64,000 bases of DNA from Ophelia neglecta (GCA_965285935.1 OZ260664.1:51584001-51648000); one strand, 5' to 3'; shown: positions 1 to 15,095, numbered from the stretch's first letter. Notes: a model not told the origin generated them from the letters alone. Made by a program: numbers and translations.

Positions 1-3000
1 ATTAAACACTCAAATATTATTACATTTTCTGCACCAAAAATGTTCATACCTCACAGATAACTGTACATAGTTGATGCATATTTTGTTCGGATTGGAAATG
101 GGCATTTTAAAATTTGAATGAAAAGTGTACAGTCCCATTCAGCACTACAATGTGGACCAGCGTGTAGGTCTATGAGATGTGTTGGCTCTAGTGTTCCCTT
201 CTTCCCAATCACCTCAACAAGAAAGTGCAGGAAAGATACTCATTGCAGTCGCCTCCCCATTATAGGTGGTAATTTCATTTTGGTTCTTCCCCTGTGGTGG
301 CAAGTGGTTAATTTTCAATCAATAGCAATAGCCTATTGGGTCCAGAACGTAGATGGGTACCATCAAGCAAAGAGCAATGATCGCAGATGTGTTCCGTCAG
401 TTGCTGCAAAAGTCGCTGTTTGCTTGCTTGCAGAAATTGGATGATACACTGGAGAAGATAATGGCTTAATGGTATTCAGCACCAAAACCATTGAAATGTA
501 TAAGGGTTTATATAAATGGCTATATACAAAGCACAGAATGTTGGGAAACACTTCTTTTTTCCAGAACTGCAAAACAATTTCGGCTGGCAGACTGAAAGCT
601 TTGATTCTATTACTGGCTCTGTTAAACTGCAGTGATCTGAAGGTTATTGGATGAAAAAAGAATTCTGGCCTCAGTGTCTCAAGATCACAGAATTTATGAC
701 CTCTATATAAATTTGACACTTTCAAGCAGCAACGTCTGGGCCGACTGCAAAATATGAGGCAAATCAATCAGAGCAAATACCAAAGCAGGTGCTGAGCAGA
801 GCCTATAATGTGATGGATTCCGTTTATAATCTGCAATTCACCAGGGGCACACCAATCTAATTGACACTCAACACAAGAAATTTAGGACCGCTTGTATGAA
901 ATTAATAACCCCAATGGAAGAGGTCCCCTGTCCTGTATGTCCCCAGGGTATGTGATGGCAAAGTGCTCTGAATATAAGGCAAGGATAGGACAGTTTATTT
1001 TCTGGAGTAAATCCACACCACTTGACAAACTGTCCAGAGTGTGATGTATAGATTTGTCAGTCCTCCATTAACTCCCTGACTAGAAATCAAGCCCTGTTCT
1101 GGCCTCAGGTCATGGTCCTGCTTGGAACTCAAACCTTTTAGCCTAATTTCCATATACAAGGTACCTAAATGATACCTGAACAGCTGTCAGTGGCTGCAAT
1201 TCAGAAAAAAAACATGCATTCTACAAAATGCATAAAGGTACATGTCCATTATTGCTAAATGGATTTAATGGAAGCCAACAACAGACACCCTGAAGCATCT
1301 GAAGGAAGCACCCAGTCTTAGTAGACACCCAAACCATTAGCAGCAGCAGGTTTGAATTAATGCCACATACAGATATAACCCCTCACTGGTATCAGCTTTA
1401 ACAATGGTACTCCCAGTACATGCTTTCCAAGAGATGTCAGTTAAAGACTCTGCAGCTCAACTTGCATGAGCTAACATACAAGTATATAATATTTCTTTAT
1501 TACTATAAGATGTCCAGGCTATTGTAACATTATGTTAATAGCATAGCTACATGCATTACCTTCCAATCTGCTGCCATGACCTAGCTAGCTGTCTGTGGCA
1601 AATATATTTTATACCAAATTGTCAATCGGGCTAGTAGAATATTGGAATACTACTAGGCAGAAATATCTGGCACTTATCTGAATTAACCACCTAGCCTTTT
1701 GGTTTGCCATAGGAATGATGTTTAAGTGAATTCCTATGTAACATGTTCATAAAAATTGAGAAAGGTAAGGCAAAGACTGAGGACAGTTATTCACAGTTTA
1801 ATGTGAACGTGTTGAAGGATATATAGGCCCTTCAGTTCAGTGGGGCTAGTGGGTATGAATCTACACTAACCCCAATAAAAGATTTACTAGATTTTAGGCT
1901 TCTTACTAGTGCTAATTTAATAGCACAGACTACATGTATATTTGCTATAAATGGTGTGATTCCATTAAGCAAATTAACCCCTGACTTTTACACTATTGTT
2001 TAATAGTCAAAAGATCCAATGCTCTATTTGTAATGGCCCCTCTCGGAATCTTATACTTTTGATTTCTCTCTTTAATCATCTGCCTTCATATATGCACTGC
2101 CCTCCTTCCACAGACCCATACTTTCCGGGTATGCTTTTCTTTCTATACCATTATGCCAGAGACCAGTGAGCATAATATTTTATTTTCTAATCGGCTATAG
2201 TTGTTATCCTTACAACAATTATTGTTGGTATACAATGCATAGGACATGTATTTGTATATACTAATGCATTCAAGTCTGGAAAATATTTTGGGATAGTGAT
2301 TAAGACAGATATAAATGCATTTATATGCTACTTCAGTCAATATCCATGTTTGTTGTAGCCACCTACCTACATTATTTCAGGTGTGTGTGTGTGGGGGGGG
2401 GGGAAGGTTCCATAGAAAAAGTTTTTTAATTTTATCTTTTATCTTAATTGGTTTAAATAGTCAGAGGTGAGATGAAGGTACACTTTGATTGTCTCGGACT
2501 TTTCAACTATAAGATATTATACTTACAAACCATTTAAAGATAATTTAAGAATAACTCACAATGTTTTAATGAGTAGAGTTCATGCTTGTTTTTTTGGCCC
2601 CCATAGATGACCTTTATCATGGACTGACTACACAATTTTAGCTGCATGCATTCCACTTGAATAGAATATAGTAGTAATAGTACCCAGTATATATTTAAGA
2701 TGGTCATTGATGATAAATTATTGAGAAATTCGTTGTGATAGTAGTCCTCCAATGGGAAACCTTTGGCCTGACCCTTGGCAGTTATTATATAGAGGCACCC
2801 ACCGTGGCGGAGACCATCTCTTTAAAGTTAATTCATCAGAAACTATAATTGTATTTGAAAATGCCTCTTGCACGGCTCATATACTATACGTCATCAGTCA
2901 TTTGGAAAGCTCTGGGAAATAACTTGTCTAGCTGTTGGCTCAGCATGTTACTGACCTTTTGGGATCTGATATTTTGTGTGATCTCATGTCAAGCACGCTG

Positions 3001-3397
3001 TCTTTCTCAGATTGATTTGTTCCAGGTCATTTTTTACGCTAAAATGAGACTTTTGGAACTCATTCAAGCTGACTTGGAGATATTACCATATTGATTGTTG
3101 GGTTGGTGTTTCCTAGGAAGTTGATGGCTTTACTCTGTTGCCTATTTGACAGTGCCCATATGACCAAGTACACCTGATTATCTTTCTGATTTCACTTAAC
3201 CTAACTATCTGTTAAGTATAAGCTTCAATGATCCTGAAAAATCACAGGTAAAATACTTTATCTCCCACCATTTAGAATAAAACCAAACCTCCAAAACTTA
3301 ACATAGATGACTGTCCAGTGTTTTTTTTCAATAAGAAGCACTGGAGATAATTCTCCCAACCAATGCCATAGAGCAGTAGATTGCTCAAATGCACACA

Positions 3398-3575
3398 CAG
3401 TGAAACCTGTGAATTAAGACCACCAAAAGAACTGGATAATTCTGGTCTGATTTCTGTGCTGGTCTGTTTAGACAGGTTATTTTACATTTAAAACATACAA
3501 GATGATCTTCATAACAGTGGTCTGAATTGGCAGATAGTCTGATTATAGAGGTGGTTTTTAAGGCAGGTTTCACTG
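3398..3575. mobile_element. MITE, Tc1/mariner(pogo)-type, ~178 bp, complete copy
   Basis: Perfect 12-bp terminal inverted repeats CAGTGAAACCTG...CAGGTTTCACTG, extending imperfectly inward (TAAGACCACC / GGTGGTTTTTA). TA follows the right end and CA precedes the left. Related copies lie at ~21.6, ~28.4 and ~60.4 kb. Confidence 0.85.
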
Positions 3576-4231
3576 TAATTGGTTCTTGTACAGTACAGCT
3601 GTTAATGTGAGAAAAAATCCATCCTACATACTTCATGGACATACACATGTAACAGGGTAGTGTAGCAAACAGAAAGGTATTTACAAACTACAATGAATAA
3701 TAAAACATGAATGTTTTCATTATATAAAATGCTCATTTTTCTTCTCTGTTGTTTTGCACAGCTATAGCTGCTTCTCAGCCAGTACCAGGTACATGATGTG
3801 TATGTGTTTAAGATAGCAGTGATCAGACTCTTTAGATTTCCATTGCCCTTGGCAGCCACAGTGAAGATTTATTAATTCTAATAAGACAACTAAGACGGAT
3901 TGCATTTCTTCTGTCCACTTTCTGCCAAACACTTGAAACCAGAGGTGGTTTTCTCTTCCGTAGATTCATTTATGTCTCATGAAATATGCACAAGTAGCTG
4001 TCTGTGTTCTCATTATTGGGAGCTTTTTTGGCTATATAGTAGACATCAATGAATTAGGCAAAATAGAAATATCACCTCTAGACAATTTCGGTAAAATAAC
4101 CTGTATCCAATTTTTGGAAATAATGTCTGGAAAGCCTCTTTTAATAATAAATCGATGAAATGGCAAATGTGAGATTAATGTGGCTCAGCTGATGACTCCT
4201 GAATAATCAAATTACTAGTGCTTTAATTGGG

Positions 4232-5177
4232 ACAGGAACCAGGCTGACTTGTCATCAAGGCTGTAAAGAGGCAGAACCCAGGCTGACTTGTCATCAAGGC
4301 TGTAAAGAGGCAGAACCCAGGCTGACTTGTCATCAAGGCTGTAAAGAGGCAGAACCCAGGCTGACTTGTAATCAAGGCTGTAAAGAGGCAGAACCCAGGC
4401 TGTCTTGTCATCAAGGCTGTAAACAGACAGAACCCAGGTTGTCTTGTCTTCAAAGCTGTGAAAGGACAGAGGCCAGACTGTCTTGTCATCGAGGCTGTAA
4501 AAAGACAGAACCGAGGCTGTCTTGTCATCAAGGCTGTAAACAGACAGAACCCATGCTGTCTTGTCCTCAAAGCTGTGAAAGGACAGAGGCCAGACTGTCT
4601 TGTCATCGAGGCTGTAAACAGACAGAACTGAGGCTGTCTTGTCCTCAAAGCTGTGAAAGGACCAAGGCCAGGCTGTCTCTTGTCCTCAAAGCTGTGAAAG
4701 GAATGAGGCCAGGCTGTCTCTTGTCCTCAAAGCTGTGAAAGGACCGAGGCCAGGCTGTCTCTTGTCCTCAAAGCTGTGAAAGGACCGAGGCCAGGCTGTC
4801 TCTTGTCCTCAAAGCTGTGAAAGGACCGAGGCCAGGCTGTCTCTTGTCCTCAAAGCTGTGAAAGGACCAAGGCCAGGCTGTTTCTTGTCCTCAAAGCTGT
4901 GAAAGGAATGAGGCCAGGCTGTCTCTTGTCCTCAAAGCTGTGAAAGGACCGAGGCCAGGCTGTCTCTTGTCCTCAAAGCTGTGAAAGGACCGAGGCCAGG
5001 CTGTCTCTTGTCCTCCAAGCTGTGAAAGGAATGAGGCCAGGCTGTCTCTTGTCCTCAAAGCTGTGAAAGGAACAAGGCCAGGCTGTTTCTTGTCATCATG
5101 GCTGTATACAGACTGAACCCAGGCTGTCTTGTCATCAAGGCTGTAAACAGACAGAACCCAGGTTGTCTTGTCATCAC
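4232..5177. repeat. Minisatellite with 39-bp and 41-bp related units
   Basis: 39-bp unit AGGCTGACTTGTCATCAAGGCTGTAAAGAGGCAGAACCC at both flanks. A central block (~4670-5080) has the 41-bp variant GGCTGTCTCTTGTCCTCAAAGCTGTGAAAGGACCGAGGCCA. Confidence 0.95.
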
Positions 5178-8100
5178 GGACTTGAGAACTATACCATGTA
5201 CTGTAGATCTATTAGGTATATTTTATAGAAAGTAGAGAAAGGGACAACATAAGTTTTTAACCAAGTGATCAGCCTTGATGCCAAATTCATTGGTGTTATT
5301 TAAGCCTAGGCTATCATGATAGGCTTGGGAAGATATGGTACAGACTGTAAATGTTCTGGGATTGAATGTCCTGTGCTTGAAGGTCCTTGGAACAAAATGC
5401 TGGTAACAAATGGGGCCATCTAAAACAAAAATAGAGGATGAAAATTCTGGGGAAAAAAAGTTATAAGGAAAGAAACGCCAGGAGACCAGAGAATGTCCTT
5501 GTGCCAAATATAGTCTAAGGATAAATAGAGGCATCTTTGCTGTGATAGGTTTCATGGTTTGTCAATCATGGTGCTTCACAGGAAATAGTAACGATGGTAA
5601 ACGGAACAACGTGATCCAGGAATTAAATCCTTGGGTTTGTCCAGCTGCTACAGCACTTCTCAGCATGTCAGGTACATGTATCTTGTGTTATGGTTTTATT
5701 GGTTTTTGTGAGTCTTACTCAAGTTAGGTAACCTTTGGAATGTACTACAGGTAATTAGCCAGTTGTACTGTGATGGCCTTACAGTATCTCCCAGTAATAA
5801 TATGTATTTTTGTGGCTTTGTATTGTTGTTTGATGGCTTTCTAGATGCATCTACCAGTAGGACACATTCTAAGTGCTACTGGCTGTTTCCAGCTTCCTTT
5901 GACCTAATACGGCAAAAGCTATTTTTGTCAGAAAAACATTGCTACATATATAAGCATTAAAAGATTATCCTAAGTGCCCTTGTAATACACCATGCTAGTT
6001 TTTCACCCAGTCATGCACAGAAACGAAGACCATAATTAGATAGGATCCATTCAACCGCCAGTCTTTGAAGGCTGTCAGCCAAAGGATTTTATTTACTGTT
6101 CCATTTCAAATACACTAAACACTTAAACTAGTCATTACCATTTCCAGTCAATTTGTGGTATGCTGATTTAAACTTTTTTTATTTTGCTGTGTTAGGAACT
6201 TTACATTTGCCCAATGTAATACATCACAGTACTGACTTTCTATGTACAGGAATAGTATAGGAATTTGCTCAACAGGCATATAATCAGCCTTTCTGCATCA
6301 ATGGTTAAATTGCCCAATAATATAGGGATTCTGGGAGAGGGTTTCCAATAATGCAAAATGCTATGTAGAATCTATTATGATAAACTTGCGTGGTAACAAT
6401 TGGATTCCCAGCAGGCTCAGAAGGGAGTGAGCAGTTTCCTAGTCCATTAGCATGCTGTTAATTCACTTTGTCATTTAATGGAATGTTTATGAGATTCCAT
6501 TATGTTGGAGGTTTGGCAATTGTATTCCACCATCTACTGCTTAGTACCTGTAAGATAGTCAGTTCCCGACCCCTGATAGTTAAAAACGAAACAAGGTGCA
6601 GTACAGAGGGAAAGTGATTTACATGCTATTGATTTTCCTTTTATCACGTTTACTGATAATGCTGACTGCTCGTCGACAAACAGGTTCCATCGTGGGGGAT
6701 GAAAGACGAAGATAATGTGATTCCCATATTGTCCTAATGGCACATTGAATGATAAATTATCGTTCCCTCGTAAAATCTGTCAGCCTGCCTTTCTAGATGT
6801 ATTTGCCCATTTCCTTCTTGGCAATTGCTTTTCTCACTTTGAGTATTTGTGGTTTAAGACAAGAAGCCTCTTTTCTTGTTTTGTTTCGTGTCTATGTTAG
6901 GAATTACTGGTCCAGTAGAGTTGATTGAATGACTTAATTAAGTGGAAGAAATTACAGAAAGAACAATCCACTTTGATGTTCGCTAAAATGTGAATAATGC
7001 AGCTATATTGAAAAATTATGCGAATTTTAACGAAAAAAGAGGCTTGGTGGACTGAAATGCATACCCTTGCTATCAGCCATTTGGAAATTGGTTCTCTTCT
7101 ATTAATTAGTGGCACCGCTTTGAAACATGCAAATCTGCATGATGCAATTAATTGTCCTTCCAGAAGAGCAAATTGCATGCTTTGATTCACAGAAAACGCA
7201 CTCGAAATATCACTTGCTTTATATAATAATGAGCATACCTGTTCTGCTCAAAGGAATGTATTTAGGTCATTCATGGTATAAGATTAGTGTGGGCTATTTA
7301 ATGGACAATCGTGAGCAAGAATTTGTTCATTATTTACAGTTCACATGCTGAACTTCATCTGCCATGATGAAAATACATGAATGGTCATTCCTAAAATACT
7401 AGTATGTGACAGCATGCACCCTACACTACTCTGTGTTGACAATGGTAACCTATTTATATTCTGGTCTGCGCAGCATCCTGGTCAATATTTATCACTTAGG
7501 TGTATAGGCCCTCACCTGAATCTCTGCTAATGCCTGATACTTGTTCTTGCTCATGCCCCCACTAATGTACTTGTTCTTATAGCCACCATGTGATTCTGTA
7601 GGAGGTGCAAGGCATGCAAGCCTGTCCTATTACCTCCATCCTAAACCTCCAGCTGGGCCTCAGCCCTACATCAACATGTATATGTACAAATGAAACACCT
7701 GAATTTTATTCAGCAAGTTATAACTGTGGACCCTCCTTCCCAGCTCACTATTAGTAACACTGGTCATGCTGCTGTTCAACTATCAGAAGCATTGATCAAA
7801 TTGAATGTCAAATCTGCCACTATACGGCTGCTTTTTGTTATTGATTAATTAAATTGGTCTGCAGAGAACCTTTTTAAAACCATATTGCAGATAATGCTTG
7901 ATTTCATTATATTTGTGCAACATTTAATTAATCTACTGTATATATTAATAAGAAGGATTTCATAAAAATGCAGCATGTAACATATGAATTGAAAAAATGT
8001 GGTTTCACCTACACTGTATGGCCTTTCAAACAGAAAGAATAAATATTGAGTATGAAAATGTATGATTCTCTGTGTGACAATTTCTCTAAATGTTTGAGTG

Positions 8101-11100
8101 TCATATTGCCCCTGATTCATTCACAGGTACATGATGGTTACCAGCAAACCTCACAAGCATTTGAGATGCCAAATTAATTGGCATACCAGACTTACATAAT
8201 GGTGACACCATTCATGCACAAGATTCATGAATAATTAGGGGCATGCATTAAAATCATCCAGCCACAATTGACCTAGTTAGGAGTTTTTGCTCTTTGGTAT
8301 AAAACACTGAATGAAGGTATGAAGAATTGGACAAGGGCTTTTGTCCTAAAAAAAACAGTGTATGTTATAATATGTACATGTACACCAGGTATGTATGAAG
8401 GGCCAGCATTGGTCGTGACAAGGTCACATGGTATGTCTTAGAGTCTAAATTGGAAAGCTGGTCAATAGTCAAGTACTATTGCCCAGTTATTAGTATGTTT
8501 ATTATTGACCAGTCTACTACCCGACTATTAAGCCATGTTTTGATATCTACTAATTTGAAGCATGACCAGTGCCATTGCCTTCTGTGGTAAATATTTATAT
8601 CAATTATGAATTTGATATGTTGTCATGAAAATGTTGTTATGCAATTTGAAAGTTTGACCTACTAAAAACTTTACTCTTTTTTATGATATTGCAACTAAAA
8701 ATGTTTAGTGCTGTCATAGCAATAATTGGGCTCTTGAAATAAGAATTGGGCATATAATCAAACAAATAATGTCTGCCATATTTTGTCCATATATATCGGT
8801 ATTATATATGTCCCAAGGTACTATATCCAGAGGCCATAGCTCAAGGGATATAGCACCTTGTGATGAATTACCTCTGGGACCATAATTCACCAAGTTGCCC
8901 TCAATGGCAGTCATTGTTTGCTTTATATGAAACAGGATATAAAATGGGTAGAAGTTAAAGTGTTTCCTCTATTAAGGCTATTTACCCAAGCACTCTATAA
9001 AATCCTTTTTAATAAAATTGATCATTACTTGGTAATCAGTGAATATTTTAGCTCATCTGCCAAACAGCATCGAAGCTGATCATTATATGGTAATCAAATA
9101 TAACCTGAATTTACTGAAAATAGCTTAGACTTTGCCGCCCTTAATATTCATGGTTTTGATATTTGACTTATTTAGCTGCCCTTTTGCATTTTAGAGCTTC
9201 CTTCAATAGCTTCTGGCAGGTCTTTAATTTTCTTGAGCTACATAAGTTTATGGTTTGGACCATGCTCATGAAGCTGCAAAATAAAAAAAAAGAGCTTACA
9301 AAAATTATGGGCTTCACAGTAGTTAAAAATTAAGCTTTACAGTGATATATTATTCTCAGATGTACTGATGAAAAACAGTGGAAGGGTTTTTTAGCACAAT
9401 GTGTAACTATGTCATTGCAATTTAGTACTTGTATATTGTTCATTTCACATTTAAATTATATGAAAAATATAGCCTCGTGGGTTTTTACATGTATGTCCCT
9501 AACTAACTGAAGTAGCATGTTCAGTGCAACTTTTAAGATCATAATATCACATTTTATACCTTAGTCACACTTTAATTATAAAAGTTTTTTTGGGGTTTAA
9601 TCATAGTAGTGCATAATGTTTAAGTGTTTGACAAAATCATAAATAATTCAAATCTTTATTTATTTTTGAGTTTTTTTTTCTATTCACCTTAACCTTTTTT
9701 TTAAAATGTTTTAGCTTCTAATTGCCACTGCTTCAACTTCAGCAATGAATTATTATTACTATCCTTTAAGGGTGATCGAGTGGTATTGTTATAATCAGCC
9801 ATCTCATACATTACAAAGAGCAAAGTGTTAACCTACAGCATAGATAATGGAATTTCATTTCAGTATTTAAAAAATCACTGCACATCAATACTGCCACAGG
9901 ACAATCAGTTATAGTAAATACAAATACCTCAAGTGTGTTGCCCATAGCCGCCTTGTCAGTAGCATACTTATTAGTATTCTGCTCCACTGCTGCACAGCTT
10001 TCCCATTTTCTCGATTTCTTCCGCTGGCTGTGAGGATACATTGATTTGTGTTCCATGGTTAGTTAGAGAGTTGAGTGGCTCATTCAACAAACTAAAATTG
10101 TGCCGAGTCATTCTCCTACATTCTATTTATCAGCCGCCAAACTTGAACTTTGTTACATGGGATTTGGACATGTTTGTTGGGTCTGTTTGATGGCAGTGGT
10201 TATAACTCACTCCCGGGTCACTAGGTGTCAGTGTGCCCTGTCAACTAGCACCATGCTGGGTGAGAGTTATACTGTTTCATTGGGTAGCTATCTAGGTTGT
10301 CTGTTGCCAGAAGATATACTCTGGCCTCCTGCTGGCAAATTGCACTAATGGGCAATCTCTCCAAACTCATCTCCGCCTGTGATCAGGTAGCAAGGTGGAC
10401 TGGCGTATTAAGCCTTGGGTAATCATGATAAATCAGTAAATCGGCATGCACTACTTGCTGCCTGGGATGCCTTGGCCTTCAGACAGGTCGCAGTATCTAG
10501 TCTAAGCTACACTTACACATGACTGGGAAAACTGCTACTCTTAGTAAGTAGTACAGAAACACATCAGTCTGTTACTGCCTTTCATTGTACTGTGTCACAT
10601 ACATTGGTGTTAATTTCAGCTGTTTTTTTGTTTATTGCATAAGCTGTGCCTTAAACACAATACTGGTAATGGGTAACTATAAGAATACAGAGGAAGAGAT
10701 TATGTGCTGAATTCACCACTCATATGGTATGGTATGTACATGTATATCAAAAGTAGAAACTGGGAACTGAAGGCTGGTCTTCCAATTTATAATTTGTGTT
10801 GGGACTTAACCCCCCCCCCCCCCACCCACCCCCCTGCCCATATTAATTTTTATATAGTTTCAACTTATTTTTTACAAGCTATAATTATCACACCTCCTTG
10901 GTATCCTATGCTATCCAAGATCAGAATAAGTAAGCATGTAGGCCTGCATGCTTGTTCTTAAACCAGTTTGAATACAGATCTGAATGACTTCTTCGTTTCC
11001 GAGTTCCGATCCCTCCATAATGTTACTTATTTACAAGACACCAGGTTCTATTGATATTCAACAGGTGATTTTTCATCAGATAAGATTTTTTTGCAAAAAA

Positions 11101-14100
11101 ATATTGCTATATGGGACCTGTTATCGTGAATTGCGAACGACAATTAGAATTACTTTGTGCTTTCAAGCTTGAGTAACCTTTAGAATATCTTACTTTAAGT
11201 CTTAAACAACAACTCTGCTTTGAATAGATTGGACTAAATGAGGACAAAAAGTCCATGTTCTGTGATTAAGCCAAGTTTCATTGATCTTGATGAATGTTTT
11301 CCTCATTTCTGTGCTTGAGGTTTTCTTAAGGTAGATAAAATGAGGCAAATGTGCTCATATTTCAGTGAGAGTTGCAAGACATGTTGACATCAAGACAGAA
11401 GGTGAAAGTCTCACACCTGCACACTTTGAGCCCATCACAGAGAAATCATATTAGGCACTTGCCAGTTTTATTAGCCAAGTTGAAAACTACTGCTATGCTT
11501 CAGAAGTTTATATAGCTATCCCGAGAAATAAAAAAGACAAATTATTAGAAATGATGACCAGAAACAAGTGGAAAAGAGTGGTGTAGTTATGGCCCTGACT
11601 GTTTGATATAAAAACCATCTAATGATGTCTACATTACATATATGATTACAACCTTAGGGAACTGCTTTCCTAGGCGGGGCCTACCATTAAAGCTGATTAA
11701 AGATGTCATAGCTATGACTGCTGTAGCAATATGTAAACCAGAAAAATATAGCTGATTGGCTTTTTGGTTGTTCTAGCCTCATCATTTACACGTAACAGTT
11801 ATTTTGTAATATATTTGAGGTTTAGTATACAGTAAGAAAAATAAACCACTTTTATCCTAAGGCATCCAAGGTCTGAGATCATGGAAGAATATCAGCAGAA
11901 AAGCAGAAGGTTTGATAAACAAAAAAAAAGATTTATTTGACAGTAGCAAATTATTATTTAAAGAATTAAATAATTTTGTTCTCCTAATTTACGTAGCAAT
12001 ACAGGTGTAATATGAATCTGTCTACCCAAATATGCATTTTGAAATGTCTTCCAATTATTTATACTATTAAGCAATGTCTGATGGTTTGAAGAAAACTGCC
12101 AAACAAAACTATTACTCTGGGGCTTAGAGCAAATCATGCAAAGAAGATATTCAATTTAAGAAATAATTATGGAATCCTTCCATTATAGGAGCTTTTCAAT
12201 CATGACTTTCTCATATGTCAATTGATTCTAATAATAATTTTGACATGGAACATATAAACATCTACACCAGTAACAACATGACAAAGACGGTGCACTCGTT
12301 TCAGAAAGGCAGGGAGTGGGTAAATGAAAAAATCCATGTTATGTTTTAATTATAGAAGATGTTTTATATTTCATTTATAGTAAGAGAAGCCTATTTGCTA
12401 AGTTCTGGCTATTTTTCTGCTGATTCTATGCATGTGATCTCGATTCCACATGAGTAAATGTAGTGTACTGAACATACCATACACTTGTATGTTATAAAGA
12501 CACTGAGACCTAGTCATAAACGGTATGGCTATACATGTAGTGTCATTGCTATTCCTGGAATAGTGTTTTCAAAGTGTACAAGAGAATTAGAATTTTGTGT
12601 TATGTTTGAAATGTTTTTTTTTCTGAATGCAAGAGTACTATGATGCATTTTATCTCATATTGTGTGCAAAAACTTATTCTGTATAGATGTTGAATGAATT
12701 GAGTTCAGGGGGTTACAATATTTGAATCAACAACAAAAAACTCTAAACAGGTGATGAAAAAATGCACCCTTATATCTGGATTTCAAGGCTATTACCATAG
12801 CAATGTGTTTTTAAAATATTGGACAACTAATTTGAAAATCAATGCCACAGAGCAATAAAACATTGTGATTCCAGTGCTGGCCAATATTCTATACCAGGAG
12901 AAATTGTAAAAATAAGTTGAAATAGGGTTATAAGCCCATTATCATGGCAACCAGGCCAAATCAGCAATGTTGCTCTATCTTAATTTGGTAAGGGCACTGA
13001 TATCTACATCGCTGCCAAATTTGGTGGTTGAACTAAATGAGCACAATATTATGCTGAAATTTACTCCACTACAAGGACTGAATGATGATGAGTTTTGGTA
13101 TGTATACCAGTGTGTCTCCGTGCTGTACTCCAGTTTGATCTTGATGGACAAGAATCTGGAATATATTGCCCCAAGGCTGAGATCAAGTGTATGGTTACTC
13201 TCTGGATGATCTTCAATACCTTTTTGGGTTTTTATTGCAAACTTAAAGCTCTTGCTTTTTGCCATTATGAGGCAATTAATAGAAATGTTTTTTCCATATT
13301 TTCTTATTATCCATGGCAGGCAAGGCTAGGAGGAGGGGTTGGGTGCTGATAGAGCAAATGAGAGGAGTGCCGGGAACCTAACACGATGACTGTGGATGGT
13401 TAGGGGGAGGGGGAGGCATGGATGGTGTTGGATGGGTGGAGGAAGGGGTACAGTGATGTGTATGCATTAAGTTGTTGCCTGAAAAAAAAAACATGCTGGT
13501 AGGACATCTAAGGGGTTGAAAGTGAGCAAAGTGAACAGATCTTTCTAGTATCTACAAAAAAAAAAGTGCTATGAGTAACCAATCCCAGCTTAATGTAAGC
13601 CTAAAATGCATAAATCCTGGGGTCTGTTCCTCACCGATCACACTGGCTGCAGGTGTTAATCTCATCTAAATATTGACTCTAGGTGGCAGGGGGGTACCCT
13701 GCTGCACTCTTTGTTAGCCAACTAACTGGCCCTGAGCATGTATCAAAAGCCTGGCCATTCTGGTGCCATCCAATACCTCTTCAATGAACCCATCCTCCTA
13801 TTTGTTCAATGCAAAGAGATTAAATACAATTGGAAAAGAGCCCTTAGAGCAAGTTTAATTACTGGATTATGGTCTTAAAAACTGATCTAGACATGCATAC
13901 AGTTTATATATAAGTCTGAGTCGTTTCAAAGTGTTCCTGAACTTAGAAAACCTGTAAAGAAGTTGATATTTAGAAAATAAAGTGATTCAGAAAGTACATT
14001 TGACATTTTTGTTCAGTATCACTTCTCCAAGCCTTCAAAGCGGACCAAACCTGGAAATCCAAGCAGAAAATCAAAACAATTGAAACAATTAAAAGCCCGC

Positions 14101-14324
14101 ACTCGCAACACATGCCAAAAACCTCCTGATGCTAAATTCAGAACTTTGATAACACAAGTATAATATTTGTGTTAAATATCTGAGAAAATTCCTTGAGGTC
14201 TGCTGGGCTTCTATTATTTTGGCTCTATGTTATTATGGGAGAATATTTAGCTACAATCGGAGGATCAGCTTAAAACAGATATTGATGATGGCAACTGTGT
14301 TACAGATATATATCTGGAGTCAAG

Positions 14325-15095
14325 TGTTTGATGAAGGGGAGCTGATGGTCCAGTGGATGGGGAAGGGAGCTGATATTCCAGTGGTTAGTTATAAGGAGAG
14401 CTGATAGTCTAGTGGTTGGTGAAAGGAAGGTGATAGTCCAGTGGTTGGTTAAGGGAAGATAATAGTCTAGTGGTTGGTGAAGGGAAGATAATAGTCCAGT
14501 GGTTGGTGAAGGGAATGTGTTAGTCCAGTGGTTGGTGTAGGAGAGCTGATAGTAAAGTGATTGGTAAATGGAAGCTGAGAGTGGAGGGGCTGGTGAAAGG
14601 AAGCTGATAGTCCAGTGGTTGGTGAAGGGAGCTGATAGTCCAGTGGTTGGTGAAGAAGAGCTGACTGTCCAGGGGTTTGTGAAAAGAAGCTGATAGTCGA
14701 GAGGATGGTGAAGGGAGCTGATAGTCCAGTGGTTGGTGGAGGGAATGTGTAAGTCCAGTGGTTGGTGAAGGGAAGGTGATAGTCCAGTGGTTGGTGAAGG
14801 AGAACTGACTGTCCTGTAGTTGCTCAAGGAAAGCTGATAGTCAAGTTATTGGTGATAGGAAGCTGATATTTGAGGGGCTGGTGAAAGGAAACTGACAGTC
14901 CACTGGTTGGTGCAGGTAAGCTCATAGTCCAATGGTTGGTGAAGGGAAGCTCCGAGTCCAATGTTTGGTGAAGGGAAGCTGAAGTCAAGTGGTTGGTGAA
15001 GGGGAGCTGATAATCTTGTGGCAAGTGAAGGGAAGTTGAAAGTCCAGTGGTTAGTGAAGGGAATCTGATTTTCCACTGATTAGTGGAAGAATGGG
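14325..15095. repeat. Degenerate ~29-30-bp minisatellite
   Basis: Repeated unit approximately GCTGATAGTCCAGTGGTTGGTGAAGGGA(A), G/purine-rich on the + strand. Confidence 0.92.

Noticed and set aside
1620-1925. GGGCTAGT / TACTAG motif clusters resembling a decayed DNA transposon
   Set aside because: No termini or target duplication could be defined.
4223-4738. 141-aa and 99-aa repeat ORFs
   Set aside because: They arise from a 39-bp (multiple of 3) minisatellite and break where the 41-bp units begin.
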